Origin: Octopus bimaculoides
Lineage: Eukaryota
Reading direction: 5' to 3'
Length of the DNA stretch: 64,000 nt
Assembly: GCF_001194135.2 (NCBI RefSeq)
Contig: NC_068987.1
Span: 32,089,050 to 32,153,049 of the forward strand
Under the pieces are notes generated by a model. That model had not been told where the DNA came from and searched no databases. It saw only the letters and a program-made list of their open reading frames with translations. The position numbers and the translations under genes were made by a program. Below, piece after piece: positions 40,131-53,463 of the stretch (the first letter of the stretch is position 1; each line of letters opens with the position of its first letter).

Positions 40131-40692
40131 AGATCTATTTTAAAACGGGGCCCACATTTTTCATTAATGTTTTACGTAGTGTTTTTGGTACGGAAAGACT
40201 TTCAAACTTCGTATACTTATCTATTTTGTGTTATAGAACAAAAAAATATTTTTGTATTCGAATTTATTTCATGTAAAAAATTGTCTTATTTCGATAATTT
40301 CAACCAATCACTGACAAGTATTCAGTTGTATACATTTACTCCTTTGGCTGATTAAGCGGTGTAAAGCGTATTTAATCTCCATACCTTCGTTTTATTTGCT
40401 TTTTTCATTTTAAATTTGCTTTAACCCTAACCCTAACCCTACGGTTAGGGTTAATTGTTTCAGAATCGTTTGTTTATGTAGTCGGCACTTAATGTATATC
40501 GGCTGAATGGACGTCAGTGATTGGTTGAAATTACAAAAATACGACAACTTTAACATGGAATAACTTATGGATTTCTTTTTTTTTTAAGAAGACTAAGAGA
40601 AAAAGATGTTTTATACGACACATTCTACCAGTGTTCCAAGTTTCAAAGCGTTTCGTTAATGAAAAATGTGGCCCCCGTTTTAAAAAAGATCC
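40131..40692. mobile_element. Complete Merlin-like MITE with 8-bp TSD and an internal telomeric-repeat palindrome
   Basis: TIRs agatctattttaaaacggggcccacatttttcattaa / ttaatgaaaaatgtggcccccgttttaaaaaagatcc; TSD GGCTTCCC at 40123-40130 and 40693-40700. Confidence 0.85.
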
Positions 40693-40782
40693 GGCTTCCC
40701 TTCTAATCCTTCTAGGATTGATAAAGTAAACATTAGTGATGTACTGAACATTGTCATTATTATTATTATTATTATTATTACT

Positions 40783-41542
40783 AAGGTGGCAATGTTTAGC
40801 AGTATTTCTTCCAGCTTTATGTTCCGTGTTTGTATGCCACTGAGATCAGCTTGGGCTTTCTTCCTTTTGGGGTCAGTAGAATAAGTACCAGTCATACACT
40901 GGTTTTGATGTAACTGGTTTCCCTTTGACCGTTAAATTGCTGGCTGGTGCCAAAAATTAGAATTATTATTAAGGTATTGAGCTGGTAGAATTGTTAGCAC
41001 ATCAGACAAAGTCTGCTGAGATCAACTTTTTCCTCCATCCTTTTGACGTTGATAAAATGAGTACCAGTCAAATACCGGGGTCAATGAAATCAACTAGCCC
41101 AGCCACTTCCCAAAATTTCAGGTCCTATGCTTAAAGTAGAATTATTAAGGTGATGGATTTGGCAGAATGATTAGCATGCTGAACATTTCTAACAGCTTTA
41201 TTTTCTAAGTTCATAACTTGCTGAGGTCAATATTTTCAGAGTCGATAAAATAAGTACCAGTTGAGCACTGGGGTTGGTATAATCGACTAGTCCCTCCCCA
41301 CAAAATCTCTGGCTTTGTGCTTAGAGTAGAAAGGATTAATAAGGTGGTGAGCTGATAAAATTGTTAGTGTGTCAGACAGAATGCGTTGTGACATTTCTTT
41401 TCTGGCTTTTGTTCAAATGCTTTTGAGGTTGACTTTAGTTTTCATCTTTTTGTTGTCAAAATAAGAACCAGTTGAGTATTGAGGTCAACGTAATTGGCTA
41501 TCCCATCCCCTCAAGATTGTTGGCCTTGTGCCAAAATTAGAA
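40783..41542 (+). mobile_element. Head-to-tail array of four divergent family C SINEs
   Basis: Units start with aagg at 40783, 40971, 41147 and 41341, each following an att-rich tail; shared ataagtaccagt and aaaattagaa/agtagaa ends. Confidence 0.8.
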
Positions 41543-41569
41543 TGATTTGTTTATTTATTGTCTTTCTAG

Positions 41570-41752
<183 letters not shown>

Positions 41753-43855
41753 TAAATTTTGATTTACCTTTCCTACAGAGAATCCTGAGGATTGATGCAG
41801 CTCTGCTTTCTGTTGATGAGAAGCAACTAATCACTCTGTTATTCCAGTCCCTTGCTGGTAGATGTTTCTTGCAATGAGATCACAAAGACATTTGATCCAA
41901 TGGGTTGAGATTTCAGTGTGGTTGCTTGACCTGGTAGAAATAACAACCTGATTTCTGTCAACTCACACTAATATTTTTGTTATTAGCAAAGCCTGGAGAA
42001 AGGGTCAGTGACTATGGAAGTCACATAGCTCTCTGTATTTTGGGTGTCCATATCCATTTAACCCATGTGTGATGATTGACTGGATGGGCTTGTAATATTT
42101 GTTGAGGAACTGGGAAAAGTTAAACTGTTTTGTACTATTATATGAAAATAATGTTAGGAACCTTTGTATAAAGTTTAGTATTTAATATGACAAAGCCTTT
42201 ATAGAATTCTCTCAAGAAGAAGCAAATTTCCCTTTTTGACTTGAAGATAAAATCTACTGATACTACTACACTACAGAAGATGGAACCAATTTTACATAGC
42301 AGAAGAAAAACGAGTGAGATTACTTAAAAGTCTGGGCAGTTGTATATATGTAGTATACATGAACCCTGTTGCTTTGTAATGTTAATCAGTTTTGGCAAAG
42401 AAACCTGAAGCTCTTTCCTAAATTGTTTAGTGAGGCTTAGCTCAGTCCTCATGATGCAACACAGTCCTGCTGCTACCAGCTATCTTAGTTATTAGGACCT
42501 GCATTATCCAATCTATCTTAATTTTTTTTAAAGAAGGTTGGTTGTGATTTGGCTATTTCTAGCAGGCTATATATTGACATTGGGTAGAGTGCGATGAGAA
42601 AGTTTAAATTTATGCTGTATTAAATGTTATCAGAACCCTATTTTTACTGGAAGGTCCATTACTAAGGTTCTTTGAAAGTTGTAGCTAAGTGGGTTTATTG
42701 ATGTTGGCTGTGGAGTTTGTGGTGTAGCATAATGAAAGAATTCAATTAGGCACATGCTGATTGATTAGGAGATATTGAAGTTGATAAATAACTTGATAGT
42801 TATGACTAAAATATTTAACACTTCTATTTATAAAATTTATAAAAGAACCCTTTAACCAATTTCATACTAATTCACATGTGTACTAATAATTAATACTAGC
42901 TTAACTTTTAAATTCCTGTTGTGTTTTCATTATATAAATCTGGCTTATAGTTATTGCATGAATTTAGATGAAACTTGCTGAAATTATTATTGGTGCACGT
43001 TGTGAAAGTTGTTTTTGTTTCCAAGTTACTTTTACTCACCCAATTAGTTTGAGTACTGTATTCACCTTACATGAAAGTGTTTTACATATATTTATAAAAT
43101 ATCAATTCCTGGACATGGATTTGTGTTCTAGTACTTTTCTATAACTCGGAAGCTACACAACTAGCATCAAAAAAGCTTTCTGAGATATGTCTTCTATCGA
43201 TGTACTTAAGGTGACTTCCTGTGTTGATGCACATACCTTGTGGTGTCATTGTTCATCTCAAGAAATATTTCTTTAGGGAAAAACCAAGGATAAGCTGTAC
43301 GTTTTTTGTTTTTTACTTGAAAGGTTTTGTTGTGCCCACATCATAATGAAAACATCAGTGCAATGATCAGTTATGTGATCTCTCCACTCCTGCTCAAAAT
43401 TGATAAATCCTGATATCATTTAGATAGTTGCTGTGTACAGATGACACTAAAATATTATCTTTTAATTATATCATTAATAAATAATATCACCAAATTCTAA
43501 CTGATGTCTTGATGTATTAACTGCCATGATGCTAGAAAATTGAAGGAAGAAAACAATGTGAAGAAATTAACTTGATAAAAGACATTAAAAAAAAATTATA
43601 TACATGGTGTAAGCAAGAAGTCTTTGGACAAGTAGTTCTTTCTAAAATGAAACTAAACTTTCTTTCTTGTCTAGAAAAGTGTAGAACTTGTTTTCAGTCC
43701 TCAAACAACAACACTATTTGAACAGTGGTTATGTGCATATCATAATTTGGTAACAGTTGTGGTTATTTTACAGCATTAGGCCACTTAAACACACTAGAAG
43801 ACTATATGCTTATAGTTACAATCATAAATAAATTAAAAGAACATGGGAGTTTTGA

Positions 43856-44098
<243 letters not shown>

Positions 44099-47000
44099 TA
44101 AGGCCAGAACTTCAACTTGGCAACTACTTCATTGGCATATTTTGCCCTACGTTTTATAGCAGTGATTTGATTATTATTATTTATCCGTTTTAAAATTTAA
44201 TCTAGTTGTATTTATTTTTTAATATTTTATTTCTTCACAATTTCCAATTTTAAAGAAAATTTCAGGTCTTTTCTTTTTCTTTTTTTTTTTAATACTTTTA
44301 GCCCATCCATTTATTTTGAAAGCACTCAATATTTTATCCATTAATCCTTGAAGTTACTAAGTATACATTATTATTCACGTTAGATTGGAAATGTCCACAC
44401 AATTATCCCTTTTTATCCAATCATTAGGTTTCATTTATATCTCTGTAAACTGTTTATATCCTTCAATTCTTACAGGAAATTTGCCTTTTTTTTCTTTTTG
44501 TTTTATTTTGCTTTTTTCTCTTCAACCTGGGTATTCCTGAAAGGCTGACATATAAATGTATGTATATATGGCAGGTATTCATTATCTATACAGTTATTAT
44601 ATTACTTAACTGATGGTCCTTAATGTTAAGTTATACGTCGTTTCCCATCCAATTTTCTTTATTGTCTGCTTATGTCATGTAATATATCTGATTTTTTTTC
44701 TTTTTCTTTGTGAAACAATTACGACCAAGTTTAAAGGAAGCAAATTTCTTTTTTAAGCTAAATAGTGATATATATATATATATATATTGAATATAAATTA
44801 AGAAAAATGAAAAAAACTTCTATTTGGTCCTTTCGACATAAACTTGTTGGAAAGAGAGGACAATTTTTAATATTTACAGGGAGAGTGGGTAGGGAAAAGC
44901 TTAAAATTTAAAGGAGAGAAAAAAAAAATCTTCAATAATATTTGTTTGTTTGGCAAAGTACAAGAGTGTAACATAATAACATGACTGCTATTATGAATCA
45001 TTGCTCTTGCTTTCCTACTCCCGTCTATAACTCCCAAATTAAATGACTCTAAGAAGAAAATTTTTTTTGTCATTCATTATGCATTCTNNNNNNNNNNNNN
45101 NNNNNNNNNNNNNNNNNNNNNNNNNNNNNNNNNNNNNNNNNNNNNNNNNNNNNNNNNNNNNNNNNNNNNNNNNNNNNNNNNNNNNNNNNNNNNNNNNNNN
45201 NNNNNNNNNNNNNNNNNNNNNNNNNNNNNNNNNNNNNNNNNNNNNNNNNNNNNNNNNNNNNNNNNNNNNNNNNNNNNNNNNNNNNNNNNNNNNNNNNNNN
45301 NNNNNNNNNNNNNNNNNNNNNNNNNNNNNNNNNNNNNNNNNNNNNNNNNNNNNNNNNNNNNNNNNNNNNNNNNNNNNNNNNNNNNNNNNNNNNNNNNNNN
45401 NNNNNNNNNNNNNNNNNNNNNNNNNNNNNNNNNNNNNNNNNNNNNNNNNNNNNNNNNNNNNNNNNNNNNNNNNNNNNNNNNNNNNNNNNNNNNNNNNNNN
45501 NNNNNNNNNNNNNNNNNNNNNNNNNNNNNNNNNNNNNNNNNNNNNNNNNNNNNNNNNNNNNNNNNNNNNNNNNNNNNNNNNNNNNNNNNNNNNNNNNNNN
45601 NNNNNNNNNNNNNNNNNNNNNNNNNNNNNNNNNNNNNNNNNNNNNNNNNNNNNNNNNNNNNNNNNNNNNNNNNNNNNNNNNNNNNNNNNNNNNNNNNNNN
45701 NNNNNNNNNNNNNNNNNNNNNNNNNNNNNNNNNNNNNNNNNNNNNNNNNNNNNNNNNNNNNNNNNNNNNNNNNNNNNNNNNNNNNNNNNNNNNNNNNNNN
45801 NNNNNNNNNNNATATATGCATGTATTTATGGGGGTGTATGAATGTGTGTGTATGCATACATAGACCAATAGGTCTTGGCAGATGTAATCTCGTGTCTATT
45901 GAAATTGTCGTTTAGCTCATCTTCACTTCATTTTTGATAATCAAATGGGATTTCTTGTTCATTGTCTTGTTTTAAGGCAGGATTTTAGGATTCTCTTAAT
46001 GAGTTTTTTCTTTTCTTTTTAATGAAAGGGTTAGGTAAAACATGAAATAAAATTAATAATCTGAGTAGTTAAAGCTATCAAGAGAAGGCTATCCCATTGC
46101 TGAGGAAAATATCATCTGATTCACTTAAGTCATAGTGTATAGTTACTTTTGTATCAGTCTTCTATCTATAAAAATTAATCACACACATTGCAGCTAGATC
46201 TTGCTTATCATGGAGTGGGTATTAATCGTGGCTCAGTTACTTTCATGCTAAAAAAAAAGAAAAAAATACTTTTGCTCATTCCATTGAACACGGATCTAGC
46301 TATGTAGATACTGTGACAGTCAGTGCTGTAGCTTCCCCAACACTACATAGTCATGCACTTTATATCTATTCAGCCAACTGGCATACTCTTTAGAGACACA
46401 GTTTCTATGTAAGTTTATGCCTTGGAAAGCAGTTTCTAGTTTTTAACTGAAAGTGGAATGCTGGCTTTTAGGTAGTGTTAATGCTGCAGAATTTGGAGAA
46501 CATAATCCTGCTTGTATTTGTGGGATATATCTCTATGTCTAGTTACTGTCTAGACTGTGGTTATTCTGTTAGTACTTTGATCTCCACTACCATCTGTAAA
46601 AGTAGAATTTATTTAGTTGTGGGAGATCGGANNNNNNNNNNNNNNNNNNNNNNNNNNNNNNNNNNNNNNNNNNNNNNNNNNNNNNNNNNNNNNNNNNNNN
46701 NNNNNNNNNNNNNNNNNNNNNNNNNNNNNNNNNNNNNNNNNNNNNNNNNNNNNNNNNNNNNNNNNNNNNNNNNNNNNNNNNNNNNNNNNNNNNNNNNNNN
46801 NNNNNNNNNNNNNNNNNNNNNNNNNNNNNNNNNNNNNNNNNNNNNNNNNNNNNNNNNNNNNNNNNNNNNNNNNNNNNNNNNNNNNNNNNNNNNNNNNNNN
46901 NNNNNNNNNNNNNNNNNNNNNNNNNNNNNNNNNNNNNNNNNNNNNNNNNNNNNNNNNNNNNNNNNNNNNNNNNNNNNNNNNNNNNNNNNNNNNNNCAGCA

Positions 47001-50000
47001 TTTCTCGCCAATTCCATTTCAGCTTTCTTTTTACAGGAAACTCTCTCTAAATCTTTTTTTAAAAACTATTATTACTTGATTATTAAACATTTCCAATCTG
47101 TAAATTAAAAAAGAAAAAAAAAAAGATAAAAGGTGAGAATTAGTGTAGTGAAATAATTATAATTTTATTTAGATTTTAAGTAACCAATATTTCTGTACTA
47201 TGGTAATGCTGATAAATCTATTTCAGATATTATAGTTCTAAATTAAAAAAAAAAAAAAAAGCTTCTTTATTAAGTTAATTGCGTCATGTTATATGTATGT
47301 TTTTGATACATCAACTCATTATTCTTTTCTTGTTTCTTCCCCCTTTTGTCCCTAGCTTAGGGGAAGAGGTTGAAAACCTACCGCTGAATTTCATATTGTC
47401 GATAAACTGACCAAACCACAAAACCTTGTTAATGTGCTCATCCAAGACACAGGCAAGTGGTCAGTTTCAAGCTTGAGTGGAAGGGCCGTAATTATAGTGT
47501 TGGTCAAGGACATTGTTGTGGGCGTTGTGAGTATACCATACGAATGAATGAGAGCAGCTGGAATGAATGGCGGATGCCTTATATTACAGCTTCATTGTGA
47601 TGCTTGATACTACTTTCAGGTGCCAGGATACTCTTACTTTCATTTCAGATTACTCACTGAAACCATCTACTCAGTTTCTTTTCAAGTTTATTTTGGAAAT
47701 GTTTTGTTTGGAGAGATTTCTTAGACTTTCACTATCTTACATTGTTGTTGCTGCTGCAATCTCTCAAAGAATTCTATTTGTTTTGATTGTTCTGGAATTC
47801 TCTTTTTGAAATCTTTGTTTATAGCTGTAATTTCTTAACCACATATTTTGTATTATTGGACTATAAGCTGCTGAGGTCACTATGCACATAATTGGGACTG
47901 ATCACTTCTCTCTTAGATTTAATATCCTTCAAACATTTTCATCCCCGCTCTTTCTCTCTCTCTCGCTCTCATATATATGTAATTTTTTTTTTTAGTAACA
48001 ATATATATTAAATACTTTATTGAAATGAAAAAAAAGTATCAGATTTGTATAAATTTTTACTAATACCAGTTACTTTTAACATACTAGCTCCCCCTTCTTT
48101 TAAAAATTTTTGTGGGATTTTTGAAAAATTAAAATATAAACCTAGCTGACCTATTCCTTAATCAAACTGATATACGAAAAAAAAAAACCTTCTCTGAAAG
48201 AGATTTTAAAATGTGTTTTTCTTTTTCATCTTTGACTTAATAATTCAGTGAAGTCCACCACTAGTCTTTTCTGTTGCTTTCTGATCAGAACGTAGAATGT
48301 TATTAGATATTAAGAAGGAAACTGGAAGATTAGATCTCTATACAATTCATGCTCACTTTAGTGTAGTTTACTATTGTGTGATCTCAGGATTCTTTTGTTA
48401 GTTGTAATGAATTTGTTTCAAGTCTCTCCCCCACCCATATCTGCACTCTGTTTCCCAATTTTAGAATAAGCACACCATATTCCTGCATGTCACAAGAGGC
48501 AGCTAAAAGTGAAGAGTTTCTATCATCTATTTCCTGATCACAAGTGACCATTCTATATCTAATTACTACATTTTGCTTACCTTAAATGTCTTTTTGTTGA
48601 TTAGGAATGTTAAGCAAATTTTAAAACATCTAATATTATTATGGCATGACAACCTGTAGAGTGTTGACTGTGACTTGTGGAATTTAGTTAATCTCTTTTC
48701 TTTTAACTCACACTAACACTGAATTTAGCCTTCCACTTTACTATACAGCACAGCCAATTGTCACAAGCAGGTGTGACATAATACTTGTACTTTTGCTAAC
48801 TATTTTAGGTGCTTGTGCAGCTATGCTTTTGGTCCCTTATCTGTGAAATATCCAGAGTGTGCCAGCTGGAAACAATGTGTGTTTTACCAACACCCAGCTG
48901 GTACTCATTTCTCCAAAAAGACTGGAGTAGCTTAAAAAGAATTGTCTTGCTCAAGGACACAAAATGATGTTCAATCCCAGAATTTAACACTTCCTAACTA
49001 CTAGTCAATTTATAGACTATATACATGACTGTTGTTACCTATTGTATATGGATTGGTGCTGATGTAAGATTATTGTAACAATAGAGAAGAAATGTTAGAG
49101 CACAGTCTAAATGTCTAAAAATATTTTCATTCCTTTATTTAGTATTCATATATTGCTGAATGTATCTTTACTTTTCAAGTATTCTGTGTGTTTTTATTAC
49201 ATAGATAGACCAACTAGAACTGAAGTTTTGCCAAAAGCTGCTTGTCAAACTGAACATTGGACAAGCTACTCATGGCATAACTTCGAAGTTATGAATGATA
49301 TAGTCGCTCTGTGTATTATGTTCTAATTTTTATATTGATTTATTTCTTTAAACAATTATCTCCACTGCTAATTATGTTGCTTAAATTAGGCTATCCACTA
49401 GTAAGACAGCTGGTTATTTAAGAGAATCTATTTCTGGCATGCACTTAGTGCTTATTGTTCCAGTGCATCTACTACATACAAAACCTGCTTGTAATTCCAT
49501 TATATCTCTTGTGCATAGCATATGGGGTTCCAACCTATCCCTTTTCTGCATATTGAGCAAGGCTATTTCCTTGACTGTACCAAGGTCATGTCTTTTCTAC
49601 TTGATCACACCTAATTTTAGCTAAGTTTACCTAGAGGTCCATTGGTGAATTGTACTGGTAGTTTTGTAATGTTGTGCCATATTGATTCTACCTGTGAATT
49701 ATGTTATGGATTCATGTATCTCGAGAATACACAGCCGCTTATTAATTCAGGAGGAGGTAATTCAGTTGATTGAACATCACCATTGTTGAAACTGACAGAC
49801 CCATCAGTTAGTGTGTGTGTGTATGTATGCATATCACTCGTGCATATGTTTGATAGTAAAATTCAGTGGCTTTTTTTCTGTGTATATGTGTCCCCCCCCA
49901 TTATTTTAAAATTAAAGATCACTTTGTCACAATGTTTTTGGTTGATGTACTTTTAAGCATAAGCTCACATGCAGGAGAATATTTCAAACAAATCTAACCC

Positions 50001-51800
50001 CTAGAAGCTGCTAAACAAAAGAATTTTCTTCATTATTATATTAATGTATTTCAAAGTTTTTGCTGTCGTTTTTTAAATTACGGAATGAAAAAAAAAAGCT
50101 GAAAGGTGAAAGAATGTTGGTGTGAGTTGATTTCAGCTTGAAGCGGTATATAAACTGCAGTTGGTAGACAGTGAGATTAGAGATAGGATGTTGAAAACAT
50201 GACATACACTTACACACATGACATGAATGAAAATGCAGAAGAAATATGCTCGTGTGTTTGAAATGATATTGCTTATTAAGTAGATGAGAATTTTGTTGAA
50301 ACTGTAACTTAGTAAAATGTGTGTGTATGTGAATGAATGAATATAGGGTTTTACTTAGAGATTTAAGTTTTTTTCTTCACAGAATTCAAGGCAGTTTTGC
50401 TAGAATCAAGACAGTTCATGGAACTTGTGAATATGTGAACAAGTTAGTGCATGCATATATGTAGGTGTATGTGTGGATAAACTTCCGCTCATATATGGGA
50501 GTGCATATCACAGTAGTACATGATTGTATGTTTCATCATAATTTGTGTGTGTATGCCATATGCCACATTAATTTTTAATTATTTTCTCAGCCTTGGAGTA
50601 TCCGAGAAGGGGAAAACTCATAAACGTGCTTGTTGTTTAACCCCAGATCTATTCTAATCAAACAGAACTTTGATCAAAGACATTATAACCCTGACCATTT
50701 CATTTATTTTTTTATATTAGTGACTATATTTTCCGGTGTGTCCTTCCTTGTTTTTGGATTGCTGTTTCTCAGAGTTATTTTTGATTATGTGTTATTAGCA
50801 GACCTCATCATCATTTTCACATTTGATTTTCTATACTTAAATGGGTTGTTACAGCTTACTTTCTTGCTGGGTTCCAAACTCTGAATTTATGCCATGTCTT
50901 ATCTGGTGTTCTTTCAGTGTTTCAAACCTTGCCAGATTAACTTTGCTTTTCATCTCTTCAGAATTGATAAAATAAGTATCTTTATCGTATTGGTATCATT
51001 GAGTCTACTGTATTCATCTTCTATTAAATATGTAGCCTTGGACCACATTTTCTTCATTATTTCATCATCATTGTTGTTATTAAAATGCTAGATGCATAAT
51101 CAGCAGAGCACTCAACGAAATGCTTTGCAGCTTTTAGTGATTGTACTATCTAAATTCTGCATGGGTTGATAAAACAAGGAGTGTGTGTAGATTGCATTGG
51201 TTGTTTCCGAGCTATCCTTGTTCTTATGTAAGAAATAATAATTGTGATTAGATTTCTTCTAATTAAGCAGGTGACCAGTTTTATTGCCTAATATGAATCA
51301 GCTCTCCCTTATTGCTAATTAAACAGTGCCATCCTTCACTAAACACAGTCATACATCTACTTCAACACTTTGTTCATCTTTATTTATCTGGTCAAAGCTT
51401 TGATTGCTTTTAAGTAAGAAGTATTTCTCATTGCCTCTTAGCACCAACCAAAATTATTGTTTGTGTGATGTAAGTATAAATGAAGATTAGGTTGAAATAC
51501 TGTTCTGTTTAATTTGTAGAAATGAAACGAGTAGATAACTGTAAGTTATCACATCTGTCAAATGGACATGATTGTATATTGAATGGTATTAGACCTTTTT
51601 AGCTAAAGATCAGTGAGTTGATCACCCATTGATTTTATCACACCAAGGATGAAATTATATCCAGCAATCTTATCCTATTCATTGTTCTTTATTTGTACAG
51701 TAGGGAGTTTATAGAGGATCGGTATCTTTGAAATTTGGAATGGTTTGTGAGATATTGTTACATCAGAGTAAGAATAGCATCTTGATACAGTTAAATTGTC

Positions 51801-51948
51801 TCTCACAAATAGTTGTACAATGACAGCTCATTTTGGATTCTGTGGCCTCACAAATAGTTGTACAATGACAGCTCATTTTGGATACTGTGGCCTCAGAGAT
51901 AGTTGTACACTGACAGTTCATTTTGGATACTGTGGTCTCTCAAAATAG
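51801..51948. repeat. 45-bp minisatellite, about 3.2 copies
   Basis: Unit cctcacaaatagttgtacaatgacagctcattttggatactgtgg. Confidence 0.95.
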
Positions 51949-52665
51949 ATCATATTGTACTTCAGGCAACACTACACACTACTTATTTTGCTTTGCCAAT
52001 TCTTGCATATTATTTGTGGCTAAAAGAATAGTTAATAGGCAAATGTAGCAATTGTGTATTCAAAGATCCAGATTTTGGGAATGTCATCATCATTTAATAT
52101 CCATTTTCCATGCTAGCATGGGTTAGATGGTTTAACTGGAACTGGTTAGCTGGAGAGCTGCACCAGGTGCCTGTCTGTTTTGACTTGATTTCTATGGTTG
52201 GATGCCCTTTCTAATGCCTGTTATAAACTCATCAGGTCTACCCTAGTATAGGAGGTGACAATGTTTAGCCCTAATTAAGCAGATCTATAGTAAAAGGCTT
52301 CCTATTCTTAAACAATGAGGGGTCTTTTATTCAGACATATCAGTGAATACTTGGTATTACAATTGCAGTGTAGGTGAGAAACAATACATCTGCTGACAGT
52401 ATAAACGAGGTCATTGAATGAGCTTTGTGAACTCATTTACGTGGGAGCAAGTGCACATGCCTGAGAAACTAAGGCATCAGTGAATTAAACAGTCTGTAAA
52501 AAACAGGATCACTCCCCCTCTTTATCAGGTGGTGGTTTTGGAAGGTAGTTTAACTACCAAGCAGCTATAAAACCAGAGCTTGGAGCAAAATCTGCACTTA
52601 AGACTGAGCTCATGGTACTGTTTATGATGGAGCAGGTTCTTGTGTATGGTTTGGGTAACCATATA

Positions 52666-52713
<48 letters not shown>

Positions 52714-53046
52714 GGTGTATGTAGTGATAGCGATGGACCTATGCTCAACAATGGCTATCCAGTTGTTCAATAAGCTAAGCAACTTGCTCTTTAGTTATCA
52801 TGTATTCCATAAAAGTACCCTGGGGAGAACCAGCTTGACACTGTGACAAGACTACCATTTGAATTATTGGTACAATCCAGCCAATGCTCCTCTATACAGT
52901 TTCTCTCCATCCAGTTTCATATGCAAGGTATTAGTTGACTCAAAGCTCCAGAAAATATTTTTTTCATATTGCCAGAAGCATTAAATCCGGAGTCTCATGA
53001 CTACGAACTCATGTTCTTAATCATTCAGCCATACTACACCTACTAT

Positions 53047-53296
53047 AGGTGTAGGAATGGCTGTGTGGTAAGTTTGCTTCTCAACCACATGGTTCCAGGT
53101 TCAGTCCCACTGTGTGGCACTTTGGGCAAGTGTCTTCCACTATAGCCTTGAGCCGACCAAACTCTTGTCAGTGGATTTGCTAGACAGAAACTGAAAGAAG
53201 CCCATTGTGAGTATGTATATGCACATATATATATATGTATGTGTGTGTCTGTTTGATCCCCCTACCGCCACTTGACAACTGGTGTTGGTGTGTTTG
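53047..53296 (+). mobile_element. SINE family B copy, sense orientation, truncated by a gap
   Basis: aggtgtaggaatggctgtgtggtaag...ggttcagtcccactg...cttgggcaagtgtcttccactatagcc. Confidence 0.85.
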
Positions 53297-53412
53297 NNNN
53301 NNNNNNNNNNNNNNNNNNNNNNNNNNNNNNNNNNNNNNNNNNNNNNNNNNNNNNNNNNNNNNNNNNNNNNNNNNNNNNNNNNNNNNNNNNNNNNNNNNNN
53401 NNNNNNNNNNNN

Positions 53413-53463
<51 letters not shown>

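Noticed and set aside
40421-40454. Telomeric repeats as a chromosome fusion scar
   Set aside because: Only about 5 units, in CCCTAA-then-TTAGGG orientation (opposite to fusion sites), and inside a TSD-flanked MITE.
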